This document shows, one piece after another, positions 51,116 to 64,000 of a stretch of DNA of 64,000 bases. Position numbers and translations under genes: made by a program. Below the pieces are notes generated by a model that was not told the DNA's origin, searched no databases, and saw only the letters and a list, made by a program, of their open reading frames with translations. The stretch's first letter is position 1. Each line of letters opens with the position of its first letter. The stretch spans positions 2,356,001 through 2,420,000 of the forward strand of contig OZ287071.1 in the NCBI GenBank assembly GCA_965645245.1. Direction: 5' to 3'. This stretch comes from Massalongia carnosa. Taxonomy: Eukaryota.

Positions 51116-51742
51116 TCAGGCATCTTGGCGAGGAAATTCTTTCGCTGGGCGGCAAAAAACTCGCAACAGCATCAAGGGGTTCTCACCTAATCTACATTTA
51201 AAAATCTCCCCGAGTTGCTTGGTGTAATAGCGGTTAGGACAACAAGCGGCATGTTTGCCTTCGGGGCATTCCCATGGTTCTCTCGGTGCTTCTGGATGAG
51301 ATGCTAAAGTGAAAAAGTCGGCTGGTTTGGAAAAGCCTGGATCCGTTGGCGGAGGTGAAGATGAAGTTTCCACGACAGAGACTATGTTACCGGTCGCGTC
51401 GGTCGCGCTAACGAGGTTTGCCGGTTGAATTGTGGAAGCAAATGAGCCTGAGTTAGAAACAGCGGCTTCACCTAGTTTCACGGGATTCTGAGCAATTTCT
51501 GGAATAGCAAGATTCGGTGAAGGGCCAGTCACATCATCCACGTTGTTAGGCAAAGTTGTAAAAGAGTCCTCGTGGTTGACTGTTAAATCGTCGTTTTGGG
51601 TTCTAGTCATTAAGAGGTCCTGATGGGAGTTATTGATATAGATGAAATTTTTAGGGGGTAATGGAAGAGGATTCGCATTTAGCCTGATGATAAGAAGCAA
51701 AAGAAGAAAAAAGATTCTGATTGAAGGACCAAAGGTATGCAT
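51116..51742 (-). CDS. small secreted Ser/Thr/Pro-rich protein with C-terminal Cys cluster (3' exon unresolved)
   Basis: MHTFGPSIRIFFLLLLLIIRLNANP signal peptide (ATG 51742), low-complexity middle, WECPEGKHAACC...FKC, probable GTGAG donor near 51186. Confidence 0.55.
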   Translation of the reverse strand: MHTFGPSIRIFFLLLLLIIRLNANPLPLPPKNFIYINNSHQDLLMTRTQNDDLTVNHEDSFTTLPNNVDDVTGPSPNLAIPEIAQNPVKLGEAAVSNSGSFASTIQPANLVSATDATGNIVSVVETSSSPPPTDPGFSKPADFFTLASHPEAPREPWECPEGKHAACCPNRYYTKQLGEIFKCRLGENPLMLLRVFCRPAKEFPRQDA

Positions 51743-52946
51743 CTTGTAGGGGCATTGGCACTGCTGAATGTTGAAGAATTCTGCAAGGTCGAGAGGCAAT
51801 AGAATACAAATATAACGAGCATACAAGTAGAGATTACCTAAAAGATTCTGGCCGTTGAAGTATAGCTTGAAACAAGGCCTTTGCCCGCAACGAAAGTGAG
51901 GACATCGCCTTGACCTCTGAGGTTCCAATGTTGATCATCCCACACGACGCTATCAAGCTTTGTTCTTTCTGACACCAACCGGTTCTGCATGCTGCAGGAC
52001 ATCGCCGTGCTCCGAGACAAGGCGTTTCGCCAAACGTTCTTTTTGTCCCGAGAAAGATATTGAAGTAACATAAAAGTATATCCTAATCTCCAGAGGATCT
52101 CTGGTATTCATGATCTTGCCACTTTGAGTTTCCCACATGGCCATTTCGAGTATGTTCAGTCAAGAGAACTAGTTCATCAACTGGATGAGCAAAGATAAAA
52201 ATATGGCCAGTCAAAGGCTGTAATGTTGTCTTCGGAACTTGTTCCATTCCTTCTTTTTCCGTGGAAAAGGATTTTCTTTCTCTTGGACTTTGACCCAATA
52301 ACCCATGTGTCAAGCCATCATATGAGAATCTCCTTTCTTGTCCTTGATGCTGGCCATTATTGTTCAACATCAAACCACAAATTGCTCATTCACTTCTAAA
52401 GTTCCCTTAAGTCAAGGGTCTAGCACCCTGCCGTATGGCATATATGGCGGAAAGCTTTCGGAGCTTTGATGCTCTTTAAGCGGTGGGTGTCCTCACGCGA
52501 CACCTTGAACGTTCCCGTCACAACTAGAGAAGGCTCCTGGAGCTAATCAAACTTTCGATAAGGCACTCTTCGAGAAGTGTTTTAGTTGAAAGTTGTTCGG
52601 CGTTATTGGGCCATTCGAGGAGGCAAAGACGTTTATGCTACGCTTTTGGCGTCCGCTAGCCAGAGAAGCCATAGACGGACTTTTCTGCCATTGTTTACCC
52701 CACCATTCCACCACACGAATCACTCAGTAGTAACGCCACCTTATAATTATATTACAGTAATGAATCGTCATCGCATTAGCCATATTGCTCTCATGAAAAA
52801 CAGTGAGCAAAGTCTTCATCTTATGGCTCTAACTCGCTGTTTCGAGAAATGATACGAATCAGTCAATAACTATATAGGAAATCGCTAATGATGAGTCGAG
52901 ATGTGAAGAAAAGAGGAACAACGAGGACGAGATAAACGAAGTGGAC

Positions 52947-53022
52947 GGACGTGATGGACGTGATGGACGTGATGGACGTGATGGACGTGATGGACGTGAT
53001 GGACGTGATGGACGTGATGGAC
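52947..53022. repeat. (GGACGTGAT)8 minisatellite
   Basis: Eight perfect 9-bp copies plus a 4-bp partial copy. Confidence 0.95.
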
Positions 53023-55534
53023 ATGGTGAAGGCCTTTATTGTTCAAGAAAAGTTTGTGAATAGCATCTCTAGCTAGCGGACGCCAAAAGCGTGGCATAAA
53101 GTCTTCTAGACCTCCCCCTCGGGTCGAAAAATTGTGCCCACAAGCAAGTCTCGTTAGTTCATGGTGAAAATACACGTCGATTTTTTTTAAAAAAACAGCT
53201 GCAGGACGAAAGACTCGGAAATTTGACCAGCTTATCTTTTAATGTGAAGAAGTGATTTCTTCGAGACTAGAAAGTTCGAGTTCTGTTGAATGATTTTGAT
53301 TATTGCTTCGGCGTGGAAGCAATTGCTCGATCGGACATGCGTGCCTCTTAGTTAAGCTGATTCTGACTAGCTGCTGTTTGAACGAGTGGTACTGGTTGGA
53401 GTTGAACTTCAACCCTTTTCGCTAATTTAGAAACTCCCAATGCTCCCTCCATCATAACCTCCCTCGCCGGGTCCAAGTACTGAGGCTATTGTGCAACACG
53501 TGCGAACACATCGTGGTTCTTGCCAGCATAACTGAACCAATAACTATTTATCATAAGCGCAAGGTCGGGGGTTACATATTAGTAGAGAAAAGAAAATGGA
53601 AATGTGGAAAAACATAAAAAGGAGAAGCAGAAATAGAGAACAAGAAATATCAGACGACATCGAAGTCGTCCACCCTGAAACGAGAAATAATTTCATACTT
53701 AAGTAAGTAGGATAAATTTGAGCAAGGCCTCGATTTTTAGGAAGATTATAACGCCGAAAGGTAACATAATCACGAACACTAACAAATAAATCAAACCCCC
53801 TCCTCAAAATATCACCTCGTATACATCCATCAATTTCACTCCCCTGTCCATCTATCACCTATCCACCCACCCACACATCCAGCCATCTACCCCCCTAGCA
53901 AATAAAAAACGCACGCTCCCGCCAAACCCTGCAGCATATATGATGCAGTTACAAAGAAGCATAGACATACACGGGCGGTGATGGCGCAGCTTAATCAAAG
54001 ATAAGGATAAAAAGGAATGAGAAATTCCGAGGAAGTTTGAAAAGAATGATCCCAATGGAAAAACTACGATGATGATAAATAAATCTAGAGAACGAAGAAT
54101 GAAGAAAGAAACCGAACAAGCTAAAAAGGAGGGGAATAAAGAAGAACAAGGAGAATCTGTTAAACATATTTATGGTTATGCATGGGGTGACAAGTAGACT
54201 CACGTCGAAAAATCGCTGTCTCGGCCACCAAAGCTGTCCTCAAGATTGAAAGCGACTGGTTCGGGAAGGGAGGCGGCTCCGCTACTGGCTGGGATGGGGC
54301 GCTGGAGCCAGCGAGGAAGGCGTTTCCCACGTATGGGTTCGCCGTTAATTCCGGGATTGTGGGCAGCTGGACATTGACTGGGGGCTGGGTTCCGACTTCG
54401 AAGCCCGTCAAGCGGGTATTGTCGCCAAGCTTGTTAATTGGCTCTTGTTTGCGCGCTTGGTCGAGAGCGGCTGTATTTGCGGCGGTGGAACCGATGAGGA
54501 TTTTACTTGGCGTGTTGGACCATTTTTCTTCTAGTGGCTTTGAATTATTATATTGCTGTTTCTTGTCGACCACGGTGATGGCTACCTCGTGAGTTACTGC
54601 GTAACGAAGTTAGTGAACAATCTGTCACGAGCACCTTGACAGATCACGGATCACTCACATTCATCGGTTTTCTGGAGGCACATAATGTCTTTAAGCAACT
54701 TGAAGGGACACCGCAACTTCTTTTTGCAGAGTTCTCCTCAATTCCAGGATACTCGAACTCGAACTCGAATGTAACCACCCCCTTGAACTTTGATCTAGAA
54801 ATCATTCCAATGATGAGTAAGTATTTCGCCATCTAGTGGTCCAAGACGTATTATGTTGGGAACTAAGATGGTCACAACGCCGGCCAACTCGCCATTTCAA
54901 TCTTGCTTCACCTGACATTTGAGCCCCATCTAGATTAATTAGACCGTTGGTGTTGAGATTGCCCAAGGCTTGGTTGTTCAAGTGAGAGGCCAATATTGCC
55001 TCCATGGAAAGACATAACGTAACGAACGTGTTCCCAGCCCAGTATATCGGCAGCCCGCACTATAGTGATAGACCAAACCAAGAATAAATGCCCCAAGGCC
55101 ATTGTACTCCCCAGTTATACTACTCCTATATTCTTGTGTGCTGGCCATGCTCGAAACTGTTCAATCAGCCTTAAGAAACCCAAGTTCACCCGTCAACGGA
55201 TAGTCCACCAAGATCTCTTAGCACCTACTTCCATTCACCGTCTGAGAAGGTTCTCACGTATCTCATGGGCGCCGGTCTATGGAGTCGAGTAGATGGTATT
55301 ATTTTGGAAAAGTAGACTTAATAGTCATGACTAAATCCACACACCTCGAAGGCGTATCTTCATTCGGCTATAGCTCGGAGTATCCTCAGGAGGTAGGCAA
55401 AATCCGAAATCGCTGAGTGATGTAAAACCTAAAACATTTTCTTCAATAAGTTTTTTGTTAAGCCAACCTTCTATCACTAACAGCCATGTAGTCTAGCTGT
55501 AATACCTACGCAAACGTAAACGTATACGCACACC

Positions 55535-55560
55535 AGACCGGTTCGAATCCCCGACGGGAA
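55535..55560 (+). other. tRNA-like 3' fragment (B-box), not a complete tRNA
   Basis: AGACCGGTTCGAATCCCCGACGGGAA resembles the T-arm plus 3' acceptor strand of tRNA-Asp. No complementary 5' acceptor strand or anticodon arm upstream. Confidence 0.35.
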
Positions 55561-57176
55561 ATCGATATTTGCTAACTACTAATTTAACAGAGAGAGATGT
55601 ACATTGGAAGGAACAGTTCAAACCCTCCCCTTAAGGAATGAAAATAAGGGAAGAGAACTGTTCTTTCCTTTGGAACTCTTTTGCCATTTTGAATTAAAGA
55701 TAGCTCGAGTTTGTTGTATTGTCATCCACCATTCAGACGGTAGCGAACCCTAGCTCACGTCAACATCTATGGCCTTCGAAGTGCACTTCAGCCCTAGGAG
55801 CTCCTTGCCAAGGCAACGTGTCAGTCTTGGTTGCCATGATACTTTTTGCATTGGAGATTCTCTGCAAAAAGTTGAATATAATGGGCGTTCTAAGATCTAA
55901 GCCGGAGTGGAAGAGTGAAGTATAAGTACAAGCTGCGGCGGAAGCTATACACACTACATATTGAGCTATCAGTTATGATTATGAGGTTTTGGATGAACTG
56001 CGAGGTTTTTTTTTCCAAGTGCTTTTATCGATCAGCCGGTCGAGAAGCACTATATGAAGAATTTTGAAAGCGACAAGTCGCACAAAGTAGATGGCCTTTG
56101 AGTACAAGTATGTGGAATCATATAGGTTTAACTCACCTCATCGATATTCCGCCATAGACGGAACTATACACTTTCGTCTCCCTCAGCATTCTAGTCTGTG
56201 CCGTACCTTGGTTGGCCGTAGTCACCGTGCTTCATTTGCTGTTGCACACTCTAGACTTCTTCTGTTTATCACAACTAAAAAGGCTTCAATCCAAGGCCGG
56301 ATCGATATCAATTCCCATTACCAAGCTCGCCAAGTCTCCCCGACTTTTTGCCATGGGTGGTACTTGGCGAGTAGGACACCAAGGTGAACGCAGAGCTCTT
56401 CTTGCCAATTTGCATTATACTTATCTTTCTGATGGTGAGGGGCGCCGCAGATGATGGGGTAATCAATCCTCGATATCACAAAGTTAGCACAACGATGTAA
56501 AGCCAGACAGCAAGCTGAGCTCGTGTATCGGTCCAAGGTAAGTATCTTGATACAGGAGTTCAGCCCCATTAGCTGGCTGTCCCAAGGCCTAAAGAGCTCA
56601 TGCCGTTCACTCCGTGGCCTTCTCCGTTGTTCAAGAAAGCTGGAAAGGTTGTCTTGGCGTGGAATTTCTAGATTCATACCGATCTCCAAATGTGTGGATG
56701 ACATGTATTGCCGTTCTACCAGTAAGATTTTGAAAAGGAATGGCTAATAGCAGCAAGGACTTCGCAGTCAGTCCATCGTTAATATCACAATGCTTGATTT
56801 GATGCTGGAAGTTATTTTCGCTAAAGGGCTAGTTAACAAACTCCTGAGCCGTGTACAGAGTACCTGCTTAAATGAAAGGGGCCTTTCTCAAGCTCAAACG
56901 GGAAAAGAAAGAAAAAAAAGTAAAAGGCCTCCGGCGAGGACGGGCAAACTAAGGAACTCGTCTTCTTCAGTTTGACTCCGTCTCATCTTAAAGGCTCATT
57001 GAATCAAGCCAACTCCATGTATAAAGCGAGAAAGAAATAATGATAAGACGAAACGTAACGCTTACTGCACTCCTATGCCAGAACTCCAAGCCTCATAGCT
57101 CAGCCATATGTAACACAGTATAAATCCAAACTTTAACGCACCTATATACTTATAGCGGCTCTCCGGCCCCTAAATC

Positions 57177-58447
57177 TCAAGTCTTCATTTCTTTCCGTTC
57201 AACCACTACAGCAACGACAACGCAGATATCATCTACCTTTCCCCCATGATATTTATCATGCGGATAAAACTTTTGTGCCTCCCTCGCAAATGGCCCGTCA
57301 GCCTTGGTATTTAAGCTTGCTGACTTAGCTTCCGCTGTAATGTTCACGGCCAAAAGAGTCTGCAGGGTATTAAATCCCTTCTCTCCCGAATCGTCACCAG
57401 CAAGCGTAAGATCCCTCAATGCCTCCCCAACATCGAATCCTTTCTCTCCGAGAACCCAAGCGTGAAGCCCCTTCATCTGTCGACTTACTACTCGAAGCAT
57501 ATCCAGCGCGCTAAGATTATCCCACACCCCATCCGTCGCGAATACCAAAACGTCCCCGTGGCGCGCTTGATGTGTGGTGACGCTCGCGTCCCGAGGATAA
57601 TCGCAGAGCGGGCCTCCCCCAAAGGCTCGCGACCAGGCGAGGATTTTGGGGGGGACGATGGAAAGTTGGTAAGGGGTGTTGAAAGCGTGGATTTGGGGGT
57701 TGGAGTAGTAGTGGACCGCGTTGAGGCGGAGTTGGACAAAACCGGAGTCACCTAAGCTTCATACAACATCAGCAATTTCCCGAAAAGTCCCCAATATGGA
57801 ACCGGATCCTACTTTGCAACCTCGAGATACCCGTCATTTCTAGCAATAGCCACACATGCCGTAGTCCCTCCTCCAGGAATGTGTCGATCGGCAACCACAC
57901 GGTCATATCCCTTCTGAAGCAAGTTCCTCGCCGAGAGTTTGTCCGCATCGTTTCCCATCTCCCTTGCACTCTTGCCCATATATCTACACAGCCCATGTGA
58001 GACGTGCGCCGAGTCAATACCGGAGTCCGCCCAGCCTCCAACCCCATCCGCGACCCCAAGAGCAATGTTACCGCTATTCCCAATTCTGCTAGCAAAAAAA
58101 GCATCCTGACCGCTCACCGGCCTTCCGGTCATGACTTCTTTCTCTGGAGCAGCAGGATCGAAGAAGAAGGCATCATGCGAGGGGTTAAATCGTCGGTGTT
58201 TGGCGGAGAAAGAAGCTGCAACACGGTAGTCGAAGCCGGGGGATTTAGAAGGCGGCCGGAAAGGAATTGAGGTGGAGCATGATCGGCTTGCGGATCGTAA
58301 GTCTCCGTGAGCACTGGAGATGAGCGGGCTGGATGGTAAATGTTGAAGCCGTAAATCCTGCGGTGAAAGGAAAGGGGAAACCCGGCATGCGAAGGTCTGA
58401 AAGATAGGAGATAGTCCGAGAACGCCAATGGACTTCAATGGGTGCAT
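57177..58447 (-). CDS. PTC7: PP2C-family protein phosphatase PTC7-like (mitochondrial), 2 exons
   Basis: SGQDAFF, GVADGVGGW, GGGTTAC, VAN|LGDSG (intron ~57757-57813), HAFNTPYQLS, VFATDGVWDNL and GGKVDDICVVV. Ser/Arg-rich N-terminus resembling a targeting peptide. Confidence 0.93.
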
Positions 58448-58930
58448 GATGCTATTCAGTGAATGCTATCGTTTTCTATAGAATAGTACGGCCATGACAA
58501 GATCTACCCCCCTTTAGCTCAGGCGCAGCCAGCAACTAATTTAATTGATGGAAGAAGTTAGAGTTGAGAGAAAATGATATACAAAGCAGCAATATTGACG
58601 GGACGGAGAATACAGTTGAACTAACAATTATGTGAGATTTGGTATAGGCGGTAGGTTAATGGAAATACAGCTGTATGTTGATAAGGGAAAAACGTGAAAA
58701 GGTTTCTTGTAAGGAGGAAAAGCAAAGCGGGTGTCTCCCTTTTGTTTTTGCCGAATATCTATTAACACTGTGTTCCGCAACCAGATTATTCTTCCTCCAA
58801 TGAACATTTACGGCGGTGTCGAGTTCTGAACTCCCTCTTTACAATCATTGCTCTTATTCAATCTAGCTCGCTCTGAAAAGCCCAGGAGTTCCATCGAGAT
58901 CTTGTGGCACTACAGAATCCATTAGGCGCG

Positions 58931-60758
58931 ATGATGCATCCAGCAAGGCAGGCATACGTAGAGGAGGATGATCCAGAGGTAAGCATCCCCTTACGTGTTC
59001 GACCCGTTAGCATTGTTCATATGGTAGTCCAGAGGAACGCAGGTCTTCTCTTGGGAGATTCCGAATAATCTTTCAGAGGTATGGAGGGCATGCCGGCTGA
59101 TGGGTGGCTTGAGGTGATAGGATACGGAGATGGGGGTGGATCTTGTAAACATACGTATGTGAAAACATTAATACTACGGATATAATATCTTTCGCTTACC
59201 ATGGAGCAGCCATTGACCGCGACTACTTGCTTCCCTCGGCTCAAGCTGGAATCGCGCCTGAAAAGGCTTCTGCCATCCTCTCGCAATTCTCCCGCAAGAG
59301 GCGCGCAGCAGCCATAGCCGTACCGACAGATGATGGTCGGGTACGCTTGAAATTACGGGAAATTGGGGAACCTATCACGCTCTTCGGGGAAGGCCCAGGA
59401 GACCGGCGAGATCGGCTGCGGGAGCTCCTCACTCGGCGGGCGGAGTTGGAGGCGGGGGAGGATGGCGAAGGCGATTTGGAGATGCAAGAGGCATTGCGGG
59501 ATGATGGCGGTCAGGGGGAGCAGGAGGAAGAGTTCTACACCGGTGGTGTGGAGGAATTGCTACAGGCGCGAAGGGCCATTGCAAAGTACTCGCTCCCCAA
59601 GGCAAAAGCACGGATTGCAAGCCAAAAGCTGGAATCGCAAATACCTTTACGGACTCATATCAAGCATCGTAAAGCCATCAAGGATCGCCTGCAAACTTTC
59701 GAGCTTTTCGGAACGCAGATCGCCGGTGATCGACCCGTTAGCATTGCCAGGTTCTCACCCAACGGAGAGATTATTGCTGCTGGGAACTGGGGGGGCGGGG
59801 TGAAACTGCTTGATGTGCCGAACCTTGAAGAGAAGAAAGTGCTCCGAGGCCATACTGATCGCGTTGGAGGCATATCATGGCTTCCCACCGCCACCCTACC
59901 CGGAACGTCGGTCTCGAATGACGCACTCAATCTTGCTACGAGCGGTGGGGAGGGAAACATCCACCTCTGGTCCCTTAACCAAGATACCCCCCTCTCTACT
60001 CTCTCCGGCCACACTGGCCGCGTCTGCCGCGTGGAATTTCACCCTTCGGGCCAGTACCTTGCCTCGGCCTCGTACGACACAACCTGGCGGCTCTGGGACA
60101 TTAACACCACGACCGAACTGCTGCTGCAAGAGGGCCACTCCCGCGAAGTCTATGCGCTGAGCTTTAATCCCGATGGATCCCTGCTCGCGAGTGCGGGCCT
60201 AGACAGCATTGGGCGAATCTGGGATCTTCGGACCGGAAGGACTGTCATGATTCTTGACGGGCATATCCGGGAAATATACGCGCTGGATTGGGGCGCGGAC
60301 GGGCATCGCGTGCTTTCCGGCTCGGGCGACGGATGGGTGAAGTGCTGGGACGTGCGGATGGTGCGGGGTGTGGGCGGCGTGGGAGCTCATCGGGGGGTGG
60401 TGTCGGATTTGCGCTGGTTCAAAGGCGGCGACGGCCTTCTTTTCAAGGGGGACATTTCAATGGGTAATAAAAACTCCATCCCTTCCTTCTCCTTCAAATC
60501 CCCCCTTCAGACCGCTAATTGTATCATGTAGACGAAAAACCCGACCCCCAGCCCAAAACTGCCGGTACTTTCTTCGTCACCGGCGGCTTCGACAAGAACG
60601 TTCACGTCTTCAGCGCCGACGACTGGGCCCTCGCGCGCACCCTGAGCGGGCATTCGGGCAACGTCCTCGGCGTCGACGTCAGCGGCGATGGGCGCTGGAT
60701 CGCGAGTTGCGGACACGATCGTACGGTGAAGCTTTGGGGCGTGGAAGAGGGGGGATGA
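58931..60758 (+). CDS. PRP4: U4/U6 snRNP protein Prp4 (PRP4 domain + WD40 repeats), multi-exon
   Basis: [12 protein letters not shown] first exon; [37 protein letters not shown] motif; WD40 repeats ([32 protein letters not shown]); last intron ~60464-60530; ends HDRTVKLWG. Confidence 0.96.
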
Positions 60759-62156
60759 ATAGACGCTGGGGGGGTTGGCGGGGCGGGCTTCTTTTTGCGG
60801 GTAGGAAGGGGACGATTGATTGGTTGGTGCTGCGGAGGGGGTTGGGGGTGATAAAGGATGCGAAGGAGGGGTGGGCCTGGAGAGGGGATTGTGAGTGGGC
60901 TGATGTTGTAAATCTGGCTATCGGGCTATCTAGCTGACTGTCCGTCTATCTGTCAGGCTACCTGCCTAAGTGTATGTAACCAACTACCTACATTCCACCT
61001 CCCTCTTTTAACTACCTACCTACCCGATATATCCTCCGCCCTATCTCCCTCGATATCTCTCCAGGTTAACTCAACCTCCTCTCCACTCAAAACACCCTCC
61101 CTCCCTCCTCCCCTCCACTTCTCACTACAATTTTCACCCATTCGTCTAATCTTCTATTCCTTTCTTCAACCATACTTTCAGCCATCTCTCTATTCGATCA
61201 ATCATTCTCCTAGCTTTCTTTTCTTTTCTTTTCTTTTACCTGCATCCTGCCCTGCACCCTGAACTACACCGCGTCCCCACGCTACACGCTACACAGTGCC
61301 CTATCATCATCATTCAATAGATTAAGATAATGATATTCTCTTTTCCCCCCCGGTCCTCTTCCCTCATCCCTCATCTATCTTCCTTTTTCTCTCATTTCTC
61401 CCCCCATTCCTCATTCCCCATCCCCCACCTCTCTCTCTCCGTTATTTAGAAAGAACCCGAAAGATCGGACACTTCGTACATACATACATATCGAGCTTGG
61501 GATTGATAGATGGAGATTGAGGATGGGATTGTTGCGTGTGTTTGTTTGGTTTTGGTGAGAGTGGAGTACTTACTATAAAGAAGAAAGGAAGGGGGGGGGG
61601 GGGAGAAAAGAGAAGAAAGTTTGAAGATATAAGATAAAGAAGAAAGGTGAAAGAACAGATATGGATATAGAGAAATATGCACAGAATGGGACTTTTGAAA
61701 AAGTGAATGAGAATATGACGATAAGATGAAACCATACGTCAACGAAAAAACAAGACAAAAAGACAATAAGATGTAACTAGCCACCAATAACACCTCTTGC
61801 GTGTTTCCATATCCATGTACCTAGCTAGGTAGCTATGAATATCGCCAAGACCGTTGACAAAAACGGCCAAAAACAGGGGGAGGAACGTAGAACATCAGTC
61901 AAAAACAAGCTCCGTCCATTACTGCTATCTCAAAGTACCAGGCCTTCTTTCTCTTCCGCCACACACTCGCTTCGAGCTTCTAGCTTTCATACCGAACCAA
62001 ACCCAAATAAACACCCCAACCCCCCCTTTTTCCCCGGCAGGTCTCTGTCAAGATGAATCTAATAATGGTATGAGCCCCCGTAGAGCCAGCGTTCCTACAA
62101 GGTGCGAAGCGCACACAGCGCCTTAAAAGCCACTCGCTCAAAAAGGTCCTCTACTA

Positions 62157-63010
62157 TCAATGATGACCACCCCTCTTTCCCTTCCCGTTCCGTACAGCTT
62201 TCGCCGCGGCCCTAGCAACTTTACTAGCTGTCTTGCGGAATCTTTTGGTGGCTTTACCCTTCCCCTCAACGGCTTCGGAGGCGGCCGAGGAAGCTATAGA
62301 AGCAGGCTCGGGATCTTCTGAAGTGGTAGCATCGACAACTTCTTCGTTGAGATTGATAGCTTTGCCAATGGTCTTGTCGGCCATTTCTTGAATCATCTAG
62401 CCGTAGGTGAACGGAGCCAACTCGCCCCAGCTTTTTATTTCTTTAGCGTATCGAGTTTTGTCCTTCACAAGCATTGGAGAAAATGGAATTTTAGTGTCGT
62501 GTGCTTGGTCATTTCGATGTCCGTTAAGCTATGATGGAATCAGTGGAGTTCAAGAATATTATCCTCCTAACCTGGAAAGCGAATGTAAGGATGTTAAATG
62601 AAGGATCCAGAGAGGAAGCTCACAGCAGAGAGTTTTTTAAGCATAGCGGCGTGTTTGAATGCTTATGCAATCTGTTCATCGTCAAGATTCTGTGCCTTGT
62701 AGGCATCCTTGATTTGCTGGTGGTTTAACGTGTATGCCAAATCTTTCCAACGCTTAGTCGAGTGGTCTGGGTCGTTTTTCTTGTCTATGTCTTTCTTGCC
62801 CTCGCCTTTGGAGATGCCCATAACCTTTTCAATTTTCTTTATAAAGTCGACCAAGGTGTTGAAACGGAAGAGCGGTAGTTGAACCTCATCGCGAGCCGTA
62901 ACTTGGGCGTCTAGTTTGACCACTTTAGCCTCTAGTCCGGCTATCCGAGCGTCCTGCTTTTTCTCCATATGGTTTATGCACTCCATCAAAGTATCCATTT
63001 TTTCGCTCAT
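62157..63010 (-). pseudogene. coiled-coil protein gene with RNxxAH motif, two premature stops
   Basis: Exon 1 (63010 to ~62624) reads through TAA 62663-62665 to a phase-0 GTGAGC donor. Exon 2 (from ~62528) reads LNGHRNDQAHDT...WGELAPFTYG*MIQEMAD... in frame with ORF 62157-62396. Confidence 0.55.
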
Positions 63011-64000
63011 GGACTAAAATGTAGTCAGCTAATAAGAATATATTGATTCTCTGTTTAGGCAAACGAACCTTAGCACTGTTGACGAGCTCCGTGAACTTGG
63101 CTGTTACAGGCAAGTGAACTAGAATATTCTTCTTCTGGGTTTCTTCTTCGATTCGCTGTTGATATGTATTGATTGAATGATCAGACATACATGGTTGGAG
63201 GTCCAAGTAAGGCGATCCGTGCAGCTCAGGCCCCATCTTAACGAACAGTGGTTTTCCCATCGGTTCTACGATAGCGCGATCCCGGAGATAGGCTTGTGGA
63301 GATAATTTCCCTAGAAGCGAGCCTATAACAGATGGAGGTAAGTTCAATGCTAATCCAAGCATCAAGGGCGACATTATGAGCAATCGGGGCACTTGACAGG
63401 TTGGCATGATGGGTTTGGAAAGGCTGACAGGATGAAGATTGGAAAGTTGGAAGAGATCGGTACTGATTTTAAAGAAGTGGGGATGAAAGAGACATCCTAC
63501 CTTCTAGTGTTCTCCGTATCCTGAAGCTTTGTGCCGGCGTCGTTCCTAGAAAAATTGTCGAACAGAAGATGTATGACTCGATGTTGATTTGATGGTAACT
63601 ATGCGTTTCTTCATCGCAAAGGCAGGTTTGTCCTGCACAGCATCCTCCACGGCTCCTTCACGGGATTTCACATATACTAGTCTTCTCATCAGTTTGTGTT
63701 ACGCTAAGGATATCTTAGCGACATGACATACTTCACAGAGATTGTGAAGTAAAGAGACTATAGATGAAAGAAAGTGTTCCAACGAAGTGGCAATCTCTAA
63801 ACAGCAAAGAGAAGTTAGTTTTTGATGCTTGAATACGAGGCCTCAGTGTGGTGATTGAGGAAGTGAGGAAGACATGATTAGATAGTCCACTGCCCTCCAT
63901 TTTGCAGCTACTCTCATGCCCATGCCATTTTTTTATGTTCAGAGATATACTCCCCGCTCTGCGACGTCATCTTTTTATCTCGCTTTCATCTTTGACCTCC

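Noticed and set aside
52885..53175. ORF encoding (HHV)n, superficially a His-rich metal-binding peptide
   Set aside because: It is only the translation of a perfect 9-bp minisatellite; no synonymous variation between units and the flanking sequence is not protein-like.
39050..53196. Three T-run/A-run palindromes (~39050-39067, ~48877-48899, ~53181-53196)
   Set aside because: Simple homopolymer junctions common in intergenic DNA; no shared flanks suggesting an element.
57757..57813. Functional intron retention in PTC7, as known for S. cerevisiae PTC7
   Set aside because: This intron lies inside the catalytic domain and retention gives an immediate TAG (57809-57811).
59241..60390. Multiple antisense and alternate-frame ORFs over PRP4 (likewise over the transposases, MFS and lectin genes)
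   Set aside because: Shadow ORFs of GC-rich coding sequence with no independent evidence.
1..64000. Starship captain (DUF3435 tyrosine recombinase) or DUF3723 gene
   Set aside because: No ORF or fragment with recognisable tyrosine-recombinase motifs was seen, so Starship identity is not claimed.

Overview
Eukaryotic DNA from a filamentous ascomycete (Pezizomycotina-type GT-AG introns with CTAAC/CTGAC branch sites, fungal transposon families). About 1-56 kb is an accessory, partly decayed region. It holds the 3' end of a Tad1-like LINE and two TA-flanked DDE transposons: an intact 2.0-kb pogo/Tigger-like element, and a 2.55-kb Fot1-like element with 164-bp hairpin-containing TIRs and one premature stop. 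It also holds a run of genes or pseudogenes from cell-death/non-self-recognition-type families: caspase-like protease, P-loop+RING+patatin, TPR-like, HNH nuclease, membrane-anchored HET-like protein, CorA-like protein and a secreted ricin-B lectin. Other genes are an MFS quinate/sugar transporter, a PTH11-like receptor, a GMC oxidoreductase relic with an internal inversion, and uncharacterised membrane/secreted proteins. Conserved housekeeping genes (PTC7-like phosphatase and PRP4, divergently transcribed) start at ~57 kb, followed by another decayed gene. Many lesions are TGG/CAG->TAG transitions consistent with RIP. No Starship captain (tyrosine recombinase) is visible in the window. All family calls come from motif recognition by eye; no database searches were run.
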